Of a DNA stretch of 64,000 nucleotides, positions 38,254 through 46,745 are shown piece by piece. The first letter of the stretch is position 1. Every line of letters begins with the position of its first letter. Under the pieces are notes generated by a model, which worked only from the letters and a program-made list of their open reading frames with translations, made no database searches and was not told the origin of the DNA. This DNA comes from Candidatus Magasanikiibacteriota bacterium (lineage in GTDB: Bacteria > Patescibacteriota > Patescibacteriia > Magasanikbacterales > UBA922): the NCBI GenBank assembly GCA_041665025.1, contig JBAYJP010000002.1:64691-128690 (forward strand). Direction: 5' to 3'. Both the position numbers and the translations under genes were made by a program.

Positions 38254-38340
38254 CTATAATATGGTATGATAGAATAGTTGTTTCCTAATTAAGTAATAAT
38301 TTTATAAAAAATAGCAACCTTTATTCTTAACCTTTCACAT

Positions 38341-39078
38341 ATGTGGGGAACACTCTTGGGAATTGTAGTCGTTGTGCTTCTCATTAGCATACGACAAGTC
38401 AACCAATACCAACGTGGCGTCAAATTTCAACTGGGTAAATTTACCAAAATGGTACAACCTGGATGGCGTTTAGTCTTGCCCATTATCCAAAGCATGACAA
38501 AAGTAGACATTCGTACCAAAGCAGTAGATATGCCTTTGCAAGAAGCACTTACCAAGGATAATGTATCTGCAAAAATTAACGCGGTCATTTACTACAAAAT
38601 TGTAGATGTTGCAAAAGCAATTTTGGAAGTAGAAAATTTCTGGTTTGCCGTTAGTCAGCTCGCCCAGACAACCATGAGAAATGTGGTCGGTGAACTTGAG
38701 CTCGATGAACTCTTGGCAAATCGTGATGCGGCCGCACGACGCATCCAACAAATTCTTGAGAAGACAACACAATCGTGGGGTATACAGGTAGAAAGCGTGG
38801 AACTCAAAGATATTGTATTGCCTGACAACATGCAACGCGTCATTGCCAAACAAGCTGAGGCAGAACGTGAAAAACGTGCAGTTATTATCAAAGCAAGTGG
38901 TGAATATATCGCAGCGGAAAATATTGCAAAGGCTGCTCAAGTACTTTCTGGCACTCCTGGAGCCCTTCATTTGCGCACGCTAAGCACTATAAACGATTTG
39001 AGCTCTGACCAGTCAAATACCGTGATATTTGCAATTCCTCTTGAGGTTTTGCGCGCGTTTGAACGGATGGGAAAATAA
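38341..39078 (+). CDS. SPFH/Band-7 domain protein (stomatin/prohibitin-like)
   Basis: N-terminal TM then SPFH core ('VDIRTKAVDMPLQEALTKDNVSAKINAVIYYKIVD...VVGELELDELLANRDAAARRIQ'). Confidence 0.8.
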   Translation: MWGTLLGIVVVVLLISIRQVNQYQRGVKFQLGKFTKMVQPGWRLVLPIIQSMTKVDIRTKAVDMPLQEALTKDNVSAKINAVIYYKIVDVAKAILEVENFWFAVSQLAQTTMRNVVGELELDELLANRDAAARRIQQILEKTTQSWGIQVESVELKDIVLPDNMQRVIAKQAEAEREKRAVIIKASGEYIAAENIAKAAQVLSGTPGALHLRTLSTINDLSSDQSNTVIFAIPLEVLRAFERMGK

Positions 39079-39132
39079 ACACAGAATACACGCCTGCCTG
39101 CCGGCAGACAGGAATTAAAATGAATTAGACTG

Positions 39133-39162
39133 AAATCCGCCTACTGCAAAGGCGGATTTTTA
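39133..39162 (+). terminator. intrinsic terminator
   Basis: 'AAATCCGCCtactgcaaaGGCGGATTTTT' after the SPFH gene, preceded by palindrome 'cctgcctgccggcagacagg'. Confidence 0.6.
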
Positions 39163-39196
39163 CTTGTGAAATCTTTTAAAATCAGTGTAATCAATG

Positions 39197-39225
39197 TTGA
39201 CAAATGTGAAATATCCCAGTATACT
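39197..39225 (+). promoter_or_regulatory. sigma70 promoter for tRNA-His
   Basis: Consensus TTGACA-17nt-TATACT about 45 nt upstream of the tRNA. Confidence 0.6.
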
Positions 39226-39270
39226 TTCTCCGTTAAAAGTCAGACTCAAGGTAAATTTTAAAAAAAGAGG

Positions 39271-39343
39271 TTCTCTCAGGGGTGGCTATGGTATAACGGT
39301 TATTACTTCGGTTTGTGGTACCGACAATACGGGTTCAATTCCC
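39271..39343 (+). tRNA. tRNA-His (anticodon GTG) with extra 5' G(-1)
   Basis: Anticodon stem TCGGT/ACCGA with loop TTGTGGT, T-arm ACGGG-TTCAATT-CCCGT, acceptor GTGGCTA/TAGCCAC, discriminator C. D-arm parse is ambiguous by 1 nt. Confidence 0.7.
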
Positions 39344-39491
39344 GTTAGCCACCCCCAAGGGAATCTCCCGACAAAAAGCCTACAATAGGCTTTTTTATTT
39401 ACCTGTTTAAAAGTGATATAATGAGGGTACCAATCATTTTTGCATAGGGAATTCACTCTGTTTATTGCTCCCCTATGCCAAAATTTAATAT

Positions 39492-40607
39492 ATGAAAACG
39501 ACAAAACTTCTTATTATTTCTTTATCAGCAGGCTCTGGACATGTACAAGCGGCCAAAGCAATAAAAGAAACAGCAGATACCTACCCACAGGTAGTCTGTG
39601 AACATATCGACATGGCCGGCTATATCACAAGAGTATTCAAGGCATCGGCTATCTCCTCATACCACGTTATTATTGAACATTTTCCAAAACTTTGGAAATC
39701 ATTTTTTGATATTACAGACAATGAAAATTTTCTCAATGCATATTACACCATTACAAAATATTTAAAACTTATTAATTCTTTCCCTCTATACAAAAAAATA
39801 CAACAATTTAATCCTGACTATATCTTGTGCTCTCATTTCCTGGCCGCTGATGTACTACTCAACACAACATCGAGCAACAGACCCCGTGTACCTGTATCTG
39901 TTCTCGTGACAGATTATGGACTCCACCCCTTGTGGGCAGTATCGGGCGTGTCGCATTATTTTGTAGCAACCTCGTCAATCGAACAAACCCTAAAAAAAAA
40001 CCACCACGTACCAAAATCTCATATCACCGTAAGTGGTATTCCTGTCTACCGCTCATTTTATGAAAATTCCAAAAAAGAAGATCTACGGACCAGATATCAT
40101 TTACCATTAAAAAACCAGACCATACTCCTACTGTCCGGAGGGCAAGGGTTGATGGAAACTGATACATTGGCAAAAAAAATATTTTCATATTCAAAACCTG
40201 TTACCCTTATTGCCATCGCAGGAAAAAATGAAGAACTGCGGCAAAATCTGCTTAGACTTTCTGCACCTCCCCATATCAATTACCGTGTCATTGGATGGAC
40301 ACATGATATGGCGTCATACATAAAGTTGTCTGATGTCGTGATAAGCAAACCCGGCGGATTGACCACAACCGAATGCATGATCTCGGGAGTACCACTTATC
40401 GCAGTTAATCCTATTCCTGGGCAAGAAGAATTTAATGTCGAATTTATACAACAAAAAAACCTTGGCGCGCTTGCCAAGGATAGTGAAAGCCTCTTGAAAT
40501 TATTGCATCATTTTCTTGAAAAGAAAGAGCCTCTCGAGTCCGAAAAAATCCAGCCTGCTTCAGATATAATACTCAAAAAAATTATTACCGCACCCACGGC
40601 GCATTGA
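39492..40607 (+). CDS. GT28-family glycosyltransferase (MGDG synthase / UgtP-like diacylglycerol glycosyltransferase)
   Basis: N-terminal 'LLIISLSAGSGHVQAAKAIKE' and 'VLVTDYGLHPLWAVSGVSHYFVAT', hallmarks of the MGDG-synthase/UgtP family. Confidence 0.6.
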   Translation: MKTTKLLIISLSAGSGHVQAAKAIKETADTYPQVVCEHIDMAGYITRVFKASAISSYHVIIEHFPKLWKSFFDITDNENFLNAYYTITKYLKLINSFPLYKKIQQFNPDYILCSHFLAADVLLNTTSSNRPRVPVSVLVTDYGLHPLWAVSGVSHYFVATSSIEQTLKKNHHVPKSHITVSGIPVYRSFYENSKKEDLRTRYHLPLKNQTILLLSGGQGLMETDTLAKKIFSYSKPVTLIAIAGKNEELRQNLLRLSAPPHINYRVIGWTHDMASYIKLSDVVISKPGGLTTTECMISGVPLIAVNPIPGQEEFNVEFIQQKNLGALAKDSESLLKLLHHFLEKKEPLESEKIQPASDIILKKIITAPTAH

Positions 40608-41145
40608 CTTCCGGAGGTGTAGTGCTCTGTTCAAGCGGATCTCGCTGATAGAATTGCTCCTGACTTGGAAGCACATCAAACTCAAAAAATGAACCATAGG
40701 GATTTTCATTTCCTTTTCCATACAAATACCACACAAACCCAGCAATACTATACGAGGTAAGCATAATAAATACGCCCAAAACTCCATAAAATATTATTTG
40801 CTTTCCCTTTTTTATTTTTTCTTCTTCTCCGCTTGAGGTCATGACCAAATATCCTCCGTATATCGTGTACACAGTGGCAAGTGTTCCTACAATACTCAAA
40901 AATATTTTGATTATCTGCGCCACAATCAGACGCGGATCGCGAGGAGAACCCAAATTTGCACCCTGCTCTCCGGCAAATGCGTCCAATTGCCTGAACATAT
41001 CTGAACCTGCGTATGGCACGGTCCCATTTTTTTGTTCATCTGTCCCTTCTGCGTATGTAAATTGGGCAATGAAAAAAATTCCTGTAATTATTCCACTCAG
41101 GAGAATTAGAGATGCTATTTTTTTTCTATGTGTTAGCTTCAACAT
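40585..41145 (-). CDS. VirB2/TrbC-like 'T4SS-pilin' family protein (paralog P1, with C-terminal extension)
   Basis: N-terminal TM, then TM-'IYGGYLVMTSSGEEEKIKKGKQII'-TM core shared by the whole array, plus an extra ~50-aa tail. Confidence 0.6.
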   Translation of the reverse strand: MLKLTHRKKIASLILLSGIITGIFFIAQFTYAEGTDEQKNGTVPYAGSDMFRQLDAFAGEQGANLGSPRDPRLIVAQIIKIFLSIVGTLATVYTIYGGYLVMTSSGEEEKIKKGKQIIFYGVLGVFIMLTSYSIAGFVWYLYGKGNENPYGSFFEFDVLPSQEQFYQRDPLEQSTTPPEVNAPWVR

Positions 41146-41151
41146 AGTATA

Positions 41152-41601
41152 TTACTCAAAAAACTGAGGTTGCGAGGCAGACGGAATAATTCCTGATGCC
41201 TGCGTTATTCTGCTCATCACAAAATTGGTAATACTGTATGCCGACAAAATCACCAAAATCCCTATGACTGCTCCCTGCATGGTTTTGCGTGCTTTGGAAA
41301 TTTTTTCTTCTTCACCATGTGAAGTAATAAACCAATATCCTGAAATAAAAAACAGAAATACAAATACAGTACCAAGCAACCCAAGTCCTATTCGAACAAA
41401 CCGCATGGCTGTCAGACGAGGATCCACCGCTCCCTCTCCATAGCCAGCTTGCAGGGTACCTGCCTGAAGCTGTCGAATTACCTCGTTTGTCGTATCTTCA
41501 TTCACCGACTGGGCAAAAACGTTTGAATACACAGAAAAAATGCCCACAAAACAGATGAGAAAGACAAAGGCCAAGATGTATAATTTTCTATAATATTTCA
41601 T
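41152..41601 (-). CDS. VirB2/TrbC-like 'T4SS-pilin' family protein (P2)
   Basis: Signal/TM N-terminus, core 'FFISGYWFITSHGEEEKISKARKTMQGAVIGILVILSAYSITNFV'. Confidence 0.65.
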   Translation of the reverse strand: MKYYRKLYILAFVFLICFVGIFSVYSNVFAQSVNEDTTNEVIRQLQAGTLQAGYGEGAVDPRLTAMRFVRIGLGLLGTVFVFLFFISGYWFITSHGEEEKISKARKTMQGAVIGILVILSAYSITNFVMSRITQASGIIPSASQPQFFE

Positions 41602-41610
41602 AGCATGCTT

Positions 41611-42021
41611 TTATTCTATACCTGCACCCGGGGCTGTCTGTGGCGTAGTGCCTGCCAATATGCGCGGTACGATAAATGCCGTGATACTATATGCGGCCAA
41701 TACAATGATAAGTCCAATTATCGCCGCTTTGATAATCTCTTTTGATTTGTCTATTTGTGCTTCTTCTCCACGGGCAACCATCCACAAATACCCTCCATAT
41801 ATCATAAGCACGGTAAACAAGACGCCCATGATTGAAAGAGCGATGCTAATAATAGTACCAATATTGGCTGCCAAGGTCGTATCATTTGTCTCAGGATTAA
41901 ACCCGGCTTCAGCTCCGGCGTTTTTTACATAACTATTTATCCCGAAATCAAGGGCAAGAGACATTGAGGGGACTGCAAGCAACACAAGGGCAAAAATAAA
42001 TGTAATTATCTTTTTGAACAT
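41611..42021 (-). CDS. VirB2/TrbC-like 'T4SS-pilin' family protein (P3)
   Basis: Core 'MIYGGYLWMVARGEEAQIDKSKEIIKAAIIGLIIVLAAYSITAFIV'. Confidence 0.7.
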   Translation of the reverse strand: MFKKIITFIFALVLLAVPSMSLALDFGINSYVKNAGAEAGFNPETNDTTLAANIGTIISIALSIMGVLFTVLMIYGGYLWMVARGEEAQIDKSKEIIKAAIIGLIIVLAAYSITAFIVPRILAGTTPQTAPGAGIE

Positions 42022-42029
42022 ACTATGCT

Positions 42030-42140
42030 TAAAGATTAAAAGATTGCAAGATTAAAAGATTGAAAGATTAAAAGATTTTGAAATACTGTAATTTGGTATC
42101 CAATCACAATCTTATAATCTTTCAATCTTTTAGTCTTTCT
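42030..42140. repeat. family-4 heptamer inverted repeat pair ('AAGATTAAAAGATT' / 'AATCTTTCAATCTT'), no gene enclosed
   Basis: 'aaagattaaaagattgcaagattaaaagattgaaagattaaaagatt...aatcacaatcttataatctttcaatcttttagtcttt'. Confidence 0.75.
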
Positions 42141-42205
42141 CTTTTGTATCTATGACCTTAAAACTAAGGACGACGTCTGGAAGATATCACCCCCCATGCA
42201 ACGCG

Positions 42206-42586
42206 CTACGTCACCCCAAACTTACTCGTCACAAATATGGTGATCGCGTAGGCACTCACCGTAATAAACAACCCAATAATGGCCGCATAAATAATATTTC
42301 GTGCGCTTTCAATTTTGCTCTCTTCACCGCGCGCAGTCATCCATAGTACGCCCGCATACACCATAAGTGCCAAAAAGATAATACCTACCAAACTCAAAAC
42401 ACCCTTTATCAATCCGCCTACCAATAATCCAATATCACTTTGTGTAGTACCTGCTTTACCAGCAACAGTGGTCAAATTTGGACCTGAACTCTTTACACCT
42501 TGCGCAACTACAGATGAAACCAATGCCGTACACATGAATACACTGAGTAAGATAACTGAAATTATTTTTTTGAACATACACTTCAA
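42206..42586 (-). CDS. VirB2/TrbC-like 'T4SS-pilin' family protein (P4)
   Basis: Core 'MVYAGVLWMTARGEESKIESARNIIYAAIIGLFITVSAYAITIFV'. Confidence 0.7.
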   Translation of the reverse strand: MKCMFKKIISVILLSVFMCTALVSSVVAQGVKSSGPNLTTVAGKAGTTQSDIGLLVGGLIKGVLSLVGIIFLALMVYAGVLWMTARGEESKIESARNIIYAAIIGLFITVSAYAITIFVTSKFGVT

Positions 42587-42609
42587 TTATTCTATAATAT
42601 TTTTTATTT

Positions 42610-43296
42610 TCAACGATTTTCCTTGCACTGTTCGGCTTCCTGTCCTTCAAAAAATTGCCATGTCCCTTCCCCCTCTGGTCCATATAGACAATCATCTATT
42701 CCTTCTCTGACAGCTTCACCAAAATACTTGCAATCCGCATATGTTGTTATGCGCCATGCCTTAGTTTCAACACCCAAAAGAAGTTCCTCGGAACACGCGC
42801 CTGACTCTCCTCCGCTCGCCTTCACCCAGTCATAACAGCATCCTGTTGGTTCATTGCCTACTTGGCTTGGGTTATCGGTAATCGAAAGACCTCCACCTGC
42901 CTGGTTATCTATAATTCTCTGCTGGACAAATGTGGTAATCGCATACGAACTTACCAAAATAATCATACCTATGGTCGAAGCAATAAGTGTTTTCCGCGCT
43001 TTGTCCACTTTGTCTTCTTCTCCACGCGCAGTCATCCACATAAGACCCGCATATACCATAAGGCCAAAAAATATAATTCCCGCTATACTCAGCGCATATT
43101 TTATTAACGTACCAATGTATGTGCCAACATCGCCCTGGTCAATGCCTGACTTTTGCACTACGGTGCTTAGTGCCGAGTCTGCGTCGCTCAAGGTTTTTTT
43201 GGCATAAATTTTTTGTTGCCCATACCCCAAAACTCCCGTCAACACCAATATTAACATTACAATAATTTTATAACGAAAAAAATACATACTCTCCAT
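42610..43296 (-). CDS. VirB2/TrbC-like 'T4SS-pilin' family protein with Cys-rich C-terminal ectodomain (P5)
   Basis: Core 'MVYAGLMWMTARGEEDKVDKARKTLIASTIGMIILVSSYAITTFV' followed by a ~90-aa Cys-rich tail (CCYDW..C..C..C..C). Confidence 0.65.
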   Translation of the reverse strand: MESMYFFRYKIIVMLILVLTGVLGYGQQKIYAKKTLSDADSALSTVVQKSGIDQGDVGTYIGTLIKYALSIAGIIFFGLMVYAGLMWMTARGEEDKVDKARKTLIASTIGMIILVSSYAITTFVQQRIIDNQAGGGLSITDNPSQVGNEPTGCCYDWVKASGGESGACSEELLLGVETKAWRITTYADCKYFGEAVREGIDDCLYGPEGEGTWQFFEGQEAEQCKENR

Positions 43297-43299
43297 AAT

Positions 43300-44142
43300 T
43301 TAGTTACACTGATCTGTAGCGCCACAAATATCAGTGCCGTCTAGCATACAGGTAGTCCATACTACAATTTCTCCAGGTAGATCACATTCAGGTGGTTTGT
43401 CTGTTACACAATTTGAACCGGCACATGCTATTCTTATTTCTTCTTCGGTTCCTCCAGTAGTAGCCCCTCCTACACAAGCACAATAAGTTGTTCCCTCAGA
43501 TGCAGTACAGAAATCTGGAGCTGTACAAGGAGGAGGAGTACTACCACTTGGTGTACAACATTTATCATCTCCGGGGCATCCTCCTGCCGTAGTCTCAGAA
43601 TAAGCGTCCCATGCCTTACATTTTGTTGCATCGCCCCAATTAGTCGCACCTGCTGCTGTCTGAGATTGGCAAGTAAACGTGACCCAACCTGGTGGTTGAG
43701 TAAACACTGCTTTTAATCCTTCTGTTTTTCCACACAAACTTGCGGTTGGGGTTGTCCCTCCACCACCACCATCGCCCGTACCGCCTACACTCTTAAACAC
43801 AAAATTCGTAATGGCGTATGCTGACATGACGATAATAATACCAATAATCGCGGCAAACACGGTATTCAAAGCTTTTTTTGCTTGTTCTTCATTTCCTCTG
43901 TCTGTCATCCACAATATCCCGCCGTAAATCATGAGTACAAAAAAGACAACCGAGACCATGGATAATGCCGTGCCTATCACATTACCTATAATTTCTGGAA
44001 GATTGCCCTTTTTCAAATTTGCAGCACCTGCGGCAGTGTCTAGGCCATAATTACTATCTTGGGCAAAAACACCAACAGCGGACATAATTCCTACTGAGAT
44101 AATAATTCCCAAAAACAGATAGAGGAATTTTTTGGACAACAT
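43300..44142 (-). CDS. VirB2/TrbC-like 'T4SS-pilin' family protein with Gly linker and Cys-rich tail (P6)
   Basis: Core 'MIYGGILWMTDRGNEEQAKKALNTVFAAIIGIIIVMSAYAITNFV', linker 'GGTGDGGGGGTTPT', 16-Cys C-terminal domain. Confidence 0.65.
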   Translation of the reverse strand: MLSKKFLYLFLGIIISVGIMSAVGVFAQDSNYGLDTAAGAANLKKGNLPEIIGNVIGTALSMVSVVFFVLMIYGGILWMTDRGNEEQAKKALNTVFAAIIGIIIVMSAYAITNFVFKSVGGTGDGGGGGTTPTASLCGKTEGLKAVFTQPPGWVTFTCQSQTAAGATNWGDATKCKAWDAYSETTAGGCPGDDKCCTPSGSTPPPCTAPDFCTASEGTTYCACVGGATTGGTEEEIRIACAGSNCVTDKPPECDLPGEIVVWTTCMLDGTDICGATDQCN

Positions 44143-44149
44143 ATAGTAA

Positions 44150-44200
44150 AATTATTCTAATTGTTCTAATTATACTAATTATTCTAAATAAAACTTAATA
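44150..44200. repeat. 'TAATTAGAATAATT' heptamer repeat arm (family 3)
   Basis: 'aattattctaattgttctaattatactaattattctaaa', inverted partner at 44598..44655; together they bracket the four-helix-bundle gene. Confidence 0.75.
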
Positions 44201-44202
44201 AA

Positions 44203-44592
44203 CTAACTATTTTTATTTTTAACCTTGTGATAAATTGCATTAAATATCAGATGCAATTGGCGAGCTTCATCCCACAAAACTCTAGCTTCATTTTTTAGAT
44301 CTTCATCTCCAAAGCTCACAGCAAGCATTCTCAAAAAATGTTTTACCTCTCGAGTTTCTTTTTTACAAATACCTATTTTATGCACGAAATCTTTAGATGA
44401 TTCTGCATCGTCTGCCTCGCAATAATTCGCCCCTATACTCGTACCTGCCGCAACAAATTGTGGTATCAGCCGCTCTGTCACTTTATTTACTAAAATTTTC
44501 TTAGCAAATTTGACAACATGTTCTCCAAACTTCGCTGTTCTCTCTTCGAGGTCATATTTTCTTAATGTTGTGCCTGTTTCCTCCTTATTCAT
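44203..44592 (-). CDS. four-helix-bundle protein (23S rRNA intervening-sequence protein family)
   Basis: 129 aa. 'LIPQFVAAGTSIGANYCEADDAESSKDFVHKIGICKKETREVKHFLRML' matches the family's conserved 'S.GANI.EA......DF.....IA.KE..E..YWL'-type core. Second copy of the type at 33929. Confidence 0.6.
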   Translation of the reverse strand: MNKEETGTTLRKYDLEERTAKFGEHVVKFAKKILVNKVTERLIPQFVAAGTSIGANYCEADDAESSKDFVHKIGICKKETREVKHFLRMLAVSFGDEDLKNEARVLWDEARQLHLIFNAIYHKVKNKNS

Positions 44593-44597
44593 TCCTT

Positions 44598-44655
44598 AGG
44601 TTAATTAGAACAATTAGTATAATTAGAATAATTTACGTAATTAGGTGAATTCAAA
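44598..44655. repeat. 'TTAGAATAATTAG' heptamer repeat arm (family 3, inverted)
   Basis: 'ttaggttaattagaacaattagtataattagaataatttacgtaattaggtgaattc'. Confidence 0.75.
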
Positions 44656-44662
44656 ATATTTT

Positions 44663-45082
44663 CTACGAACTCCACCCGCTTTGTAACTCTGTTGCATCCA
44701 TGAGATTCTCTAAGACAAAATTTGAAATTGCAAAAGCCATAAGTATAATGACTATACCAATAACGGCCGCAAAAATAATTTTGCGGGCTTCTCCAGCCTT
44801 TTCTTCATTTCCGCCGGCAGTCATCCAGAGGAAACCTGCATAAATAATAAGGACAGTAGCAATAATACCCAATAATCCAAGCGACGCATTGATAATTTTG
44901 GCAGTCAGAATGCGCGGATCGCGAGCACTAAGTCCTGTATCTGCAACACAACCAAGTCCCAATGGATCGGTAGGATCATCACACTCGTCTACCATCTGGG
45001 CAGAAACCAAAAGTGGGCTTTGCAAAAAACCTACAGCTAAAACAAAACAAAGGATAATGAAAGACAATACCTTTTTGGACAT
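44663..45082 (-). CDS. VirB2/TrbC-like 'T4SS-pilin' family protein (P7)
   Basis: Core 'IIYAGFLWMTAGGNEEKAGEARKIIFAAVIGIVIILMAFAISNFV'. Start trimmed to MSKKVLSF because the ORF-track N-terminus is translation of the family-3 repeat. Confidence 0.65.
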   Translation of the reverse strand: MSKKVLSFIILCFVLAVGFLQSPLLVSAQMVDECDDPTDPLGLGCVADTGLSARDPRILTAKIINASLGLLGIIATVLIIYAGFLWMTAGGNEEKAGEARKIIFAAVIGIVIILMAFAISNFVLENLMDATELQSGWSS

Positions 45083-45094
45083 ATGAAAATGAAT

Positions 45095-45200
45095 TATTCT
45101 AATTAACCTAATTGTTCTAATTATTCTAAACAATTTCTAATATGGTTTTTAATTTAGGGGTTTGTTTAGAATAATTAGTATAATTAGAATAATTTTTGTA
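45095..45200. repeat. family-3 heptamer inverted repeat pair
   Basis: 'aattattctaattaacctaattgttctaattattctaaa' ... 'tttagaataattagtataattagaataatt', a ~40-bp-arm hairpin with a 25-nt loop. Confidence 0.8.
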
Positions 45201-45259
45201 TGGATATTCAAAATCTGAGGGCAAGGAGCATTTTTTCCCCTTGCCCTCTATAATCCAGA

Positions 45260-45703
45260 TTATAAAGTATATGTTGTGTCACTAGTCGTACCCGTAGCTC
45301 TACCAAGCTGTATCAAAGCAAACCGAGCAATTGCCCATGCTGCCAAGATTACTGCCATACCAATAATTCCCGAGAAGATCCATTTGCGAGCTTCTCCCAC
45401 TTTTTCTTCATTTCCGCCAGCAGTCATCCATTTGAATCCGCCGATAAGGACAATAACAACTGCGATAATACCGAGCATGCTCAAAGCAATGTTGATAATT
45501 TTGGTCGCAGTAACACGTAAATCTGCCTTTCCTAAGGCAATCCCGGTGCTATCTGCATCTCCGTCTTGAATTACATCAATTCCAAATGGATCGTCTCCAC
45601 TAGCTGCTCCAACAAAAGATGGTGAAAGCACTAAACCAAACACTGCGATTGCAAGTATGGTTAAAACTGTTCTGTATTTTGTCAATTTGTACAATAAGTT
45701 CAT
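45260..45703 (-). CDS. VirB2/TrbC-like 'T4SS-pilin' family protein (P8)
   Basis: Core 'LIGGFKWMTAGGNEEKVGEARKWIFSGIIGMAVILAAWAIARF'. Start set at MNLLYKL, preceded by GGAGGTGA (one of the few SD-like sites). Confidence 0.65.
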   Translation of the reverse strand: MNLLYKLTKYRTVLTILAIAVFGLVLSPSFVGAASGDDPFGIDVIQDGDADSTGIALGKADLRVTATKIINIALSMLGIIAVVIVLIGGFKWMTAGGNEEKVGEARKWIFSGIIGMAVILAAWAIARFALIQLGRATGTTSDTTYTL

Positions 45704-45762
45704 GTGTCTCACCTCCCTTCTAAAAGAAGGATTATTTTTTATTAATCCAATAAATTTATAGT

Positions 45763-46728
45763 TTATTGACTCACAGCAGCGCCTCTTACTGTCTTTTCTG
45801 TTGTCCATTCACAAGTGTCAAATTCAGGAAATCCAGCCCGTGATTGTTCACATTCACCTTGCGTATTAAATTCAACACGCACTTCCCAATTTCCCCTCGA
45901 TTCATTTTGAAAACCACAATAACAATTTTTTATTTGTTCAACGCATTCTTCTCGTATTTCATATTCTGTTCCTGTACAAGGACCCCCACCACCTGGGATA
46001 CATTGATTGTCTATCAAACAAAACGTAGTTTGTTGGACAGGGGCTGTATACCCCACGCCAAGCCCTTTTAAAATTAAATCAATTATAGCATAACTGCTAA
46101 AAATAACAACAATTCCCAACACTGCCCAGGTGATTGCCATGGTGCCTTTTTTTATTTGTTCTGCATTGCCAGCAGAAGTAAGCCACATGAAACCTCCATA
46201 CACGACAACAAGCAGAGTGACAGCCCCCAAAATTCCCATTCCAACTCGTATGGCCCCGCCAAAAACTTCCAAAGCATTATTTGCGTTTACTGGATTTGTA
46301 AGAGACACACAACCAGGGGGAGTACATGGTCCGCCATATTGCTGTATAAGAGAATTTCTCAAAGATTCTGGATCAATCGGACTTCCCGCACTACCTCCAC
46401 CTCCAGCAGCAGCACCATCTCCAGCAGCAGCACCATCTCCAGCAGCAGCAGCACCATCTCCAGCAGCACCACCACCAACCTGTTCAATACAAAGTCCTTC
46501 TTTACATGCTGAACCAGCCACACATTCTATATCTCCTTCCTCTTCACCACAAGACCCGCCTTCAAAAATACATATGCTACCAGTGTCACCATCAACACAG
46601 CTAAAATTTGGTAATGTACAACTTTCATCACTAAGACAAGTCCTGTCTTCAGATCTCACAATTTCTCTATAACTAAAAATTGTTGCGACTGTCATTACTA
46701 TAATCGCTGTTTTCAAAAAAAATTTCAT
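45763..46728 (-). CDS. VirB2/TrbC-like 'T4SS-pilin' family protein with Cys-rich N-domain and Gly/Ala repeat (P9)
   Basis: Core 'VVYGGFMWLTSAGNAEQIKKGTMAITWAVLGIVVIFSSYAI'. N-terminal Cys-rich domain, 'GDGAAAAGDGAAAGDGAAAGGGGS' encoded by a 15-nt tandem DNA repeat, second Cys-rich module C-terminal. Confidence 0.65.
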   Translation of the reverse strand: MKFFLKTAIIVMTVATIFSYREIVRSEDRTCLSDESCTLPNFSCVDGDTGSICIFEGGSCGEEEGDIECVAGSACKEGLCIEQVGGGAAGDGAAAAGDGAAAGDGAAAGGGGSAGSPIDPESLRNSLIQQYGGPCTPPGCVSLTNPVNANNALEVFGGAIRVGMGILGAVTLLVVVYGGFMWLTSAGNAEQIKKGTMAITWAVLGIVVIFSSYAIIDLILKGLGVGYTAPVQQTTFCLIDNQCIPGGGGPCTGTEYEIREECVEQIKNCYCGFQNESRGNWEVRVEFNTQGECEQSRAGFPEFDTCEWTTEKTVRGAAVSQ

Positions 46729-46745
46729 AAGTTCATAAGCTATAA

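Noticed and set aside
36985-39343. Integrated prophage, suggested by integrase plus tRNA adjacency
   Set aside because: There are no capsid, terminase, portal or tail genes and no obvious att duplication. Treated as a recombinase and possible island edge only.
46130-46672. 180-aa plus-strand ORF rich in PAAAPSPAAA
   Set aside because: It is the antisense reading of the GDGAAA-encoding 15-nt tandem repeat inside pilin paralog P9.
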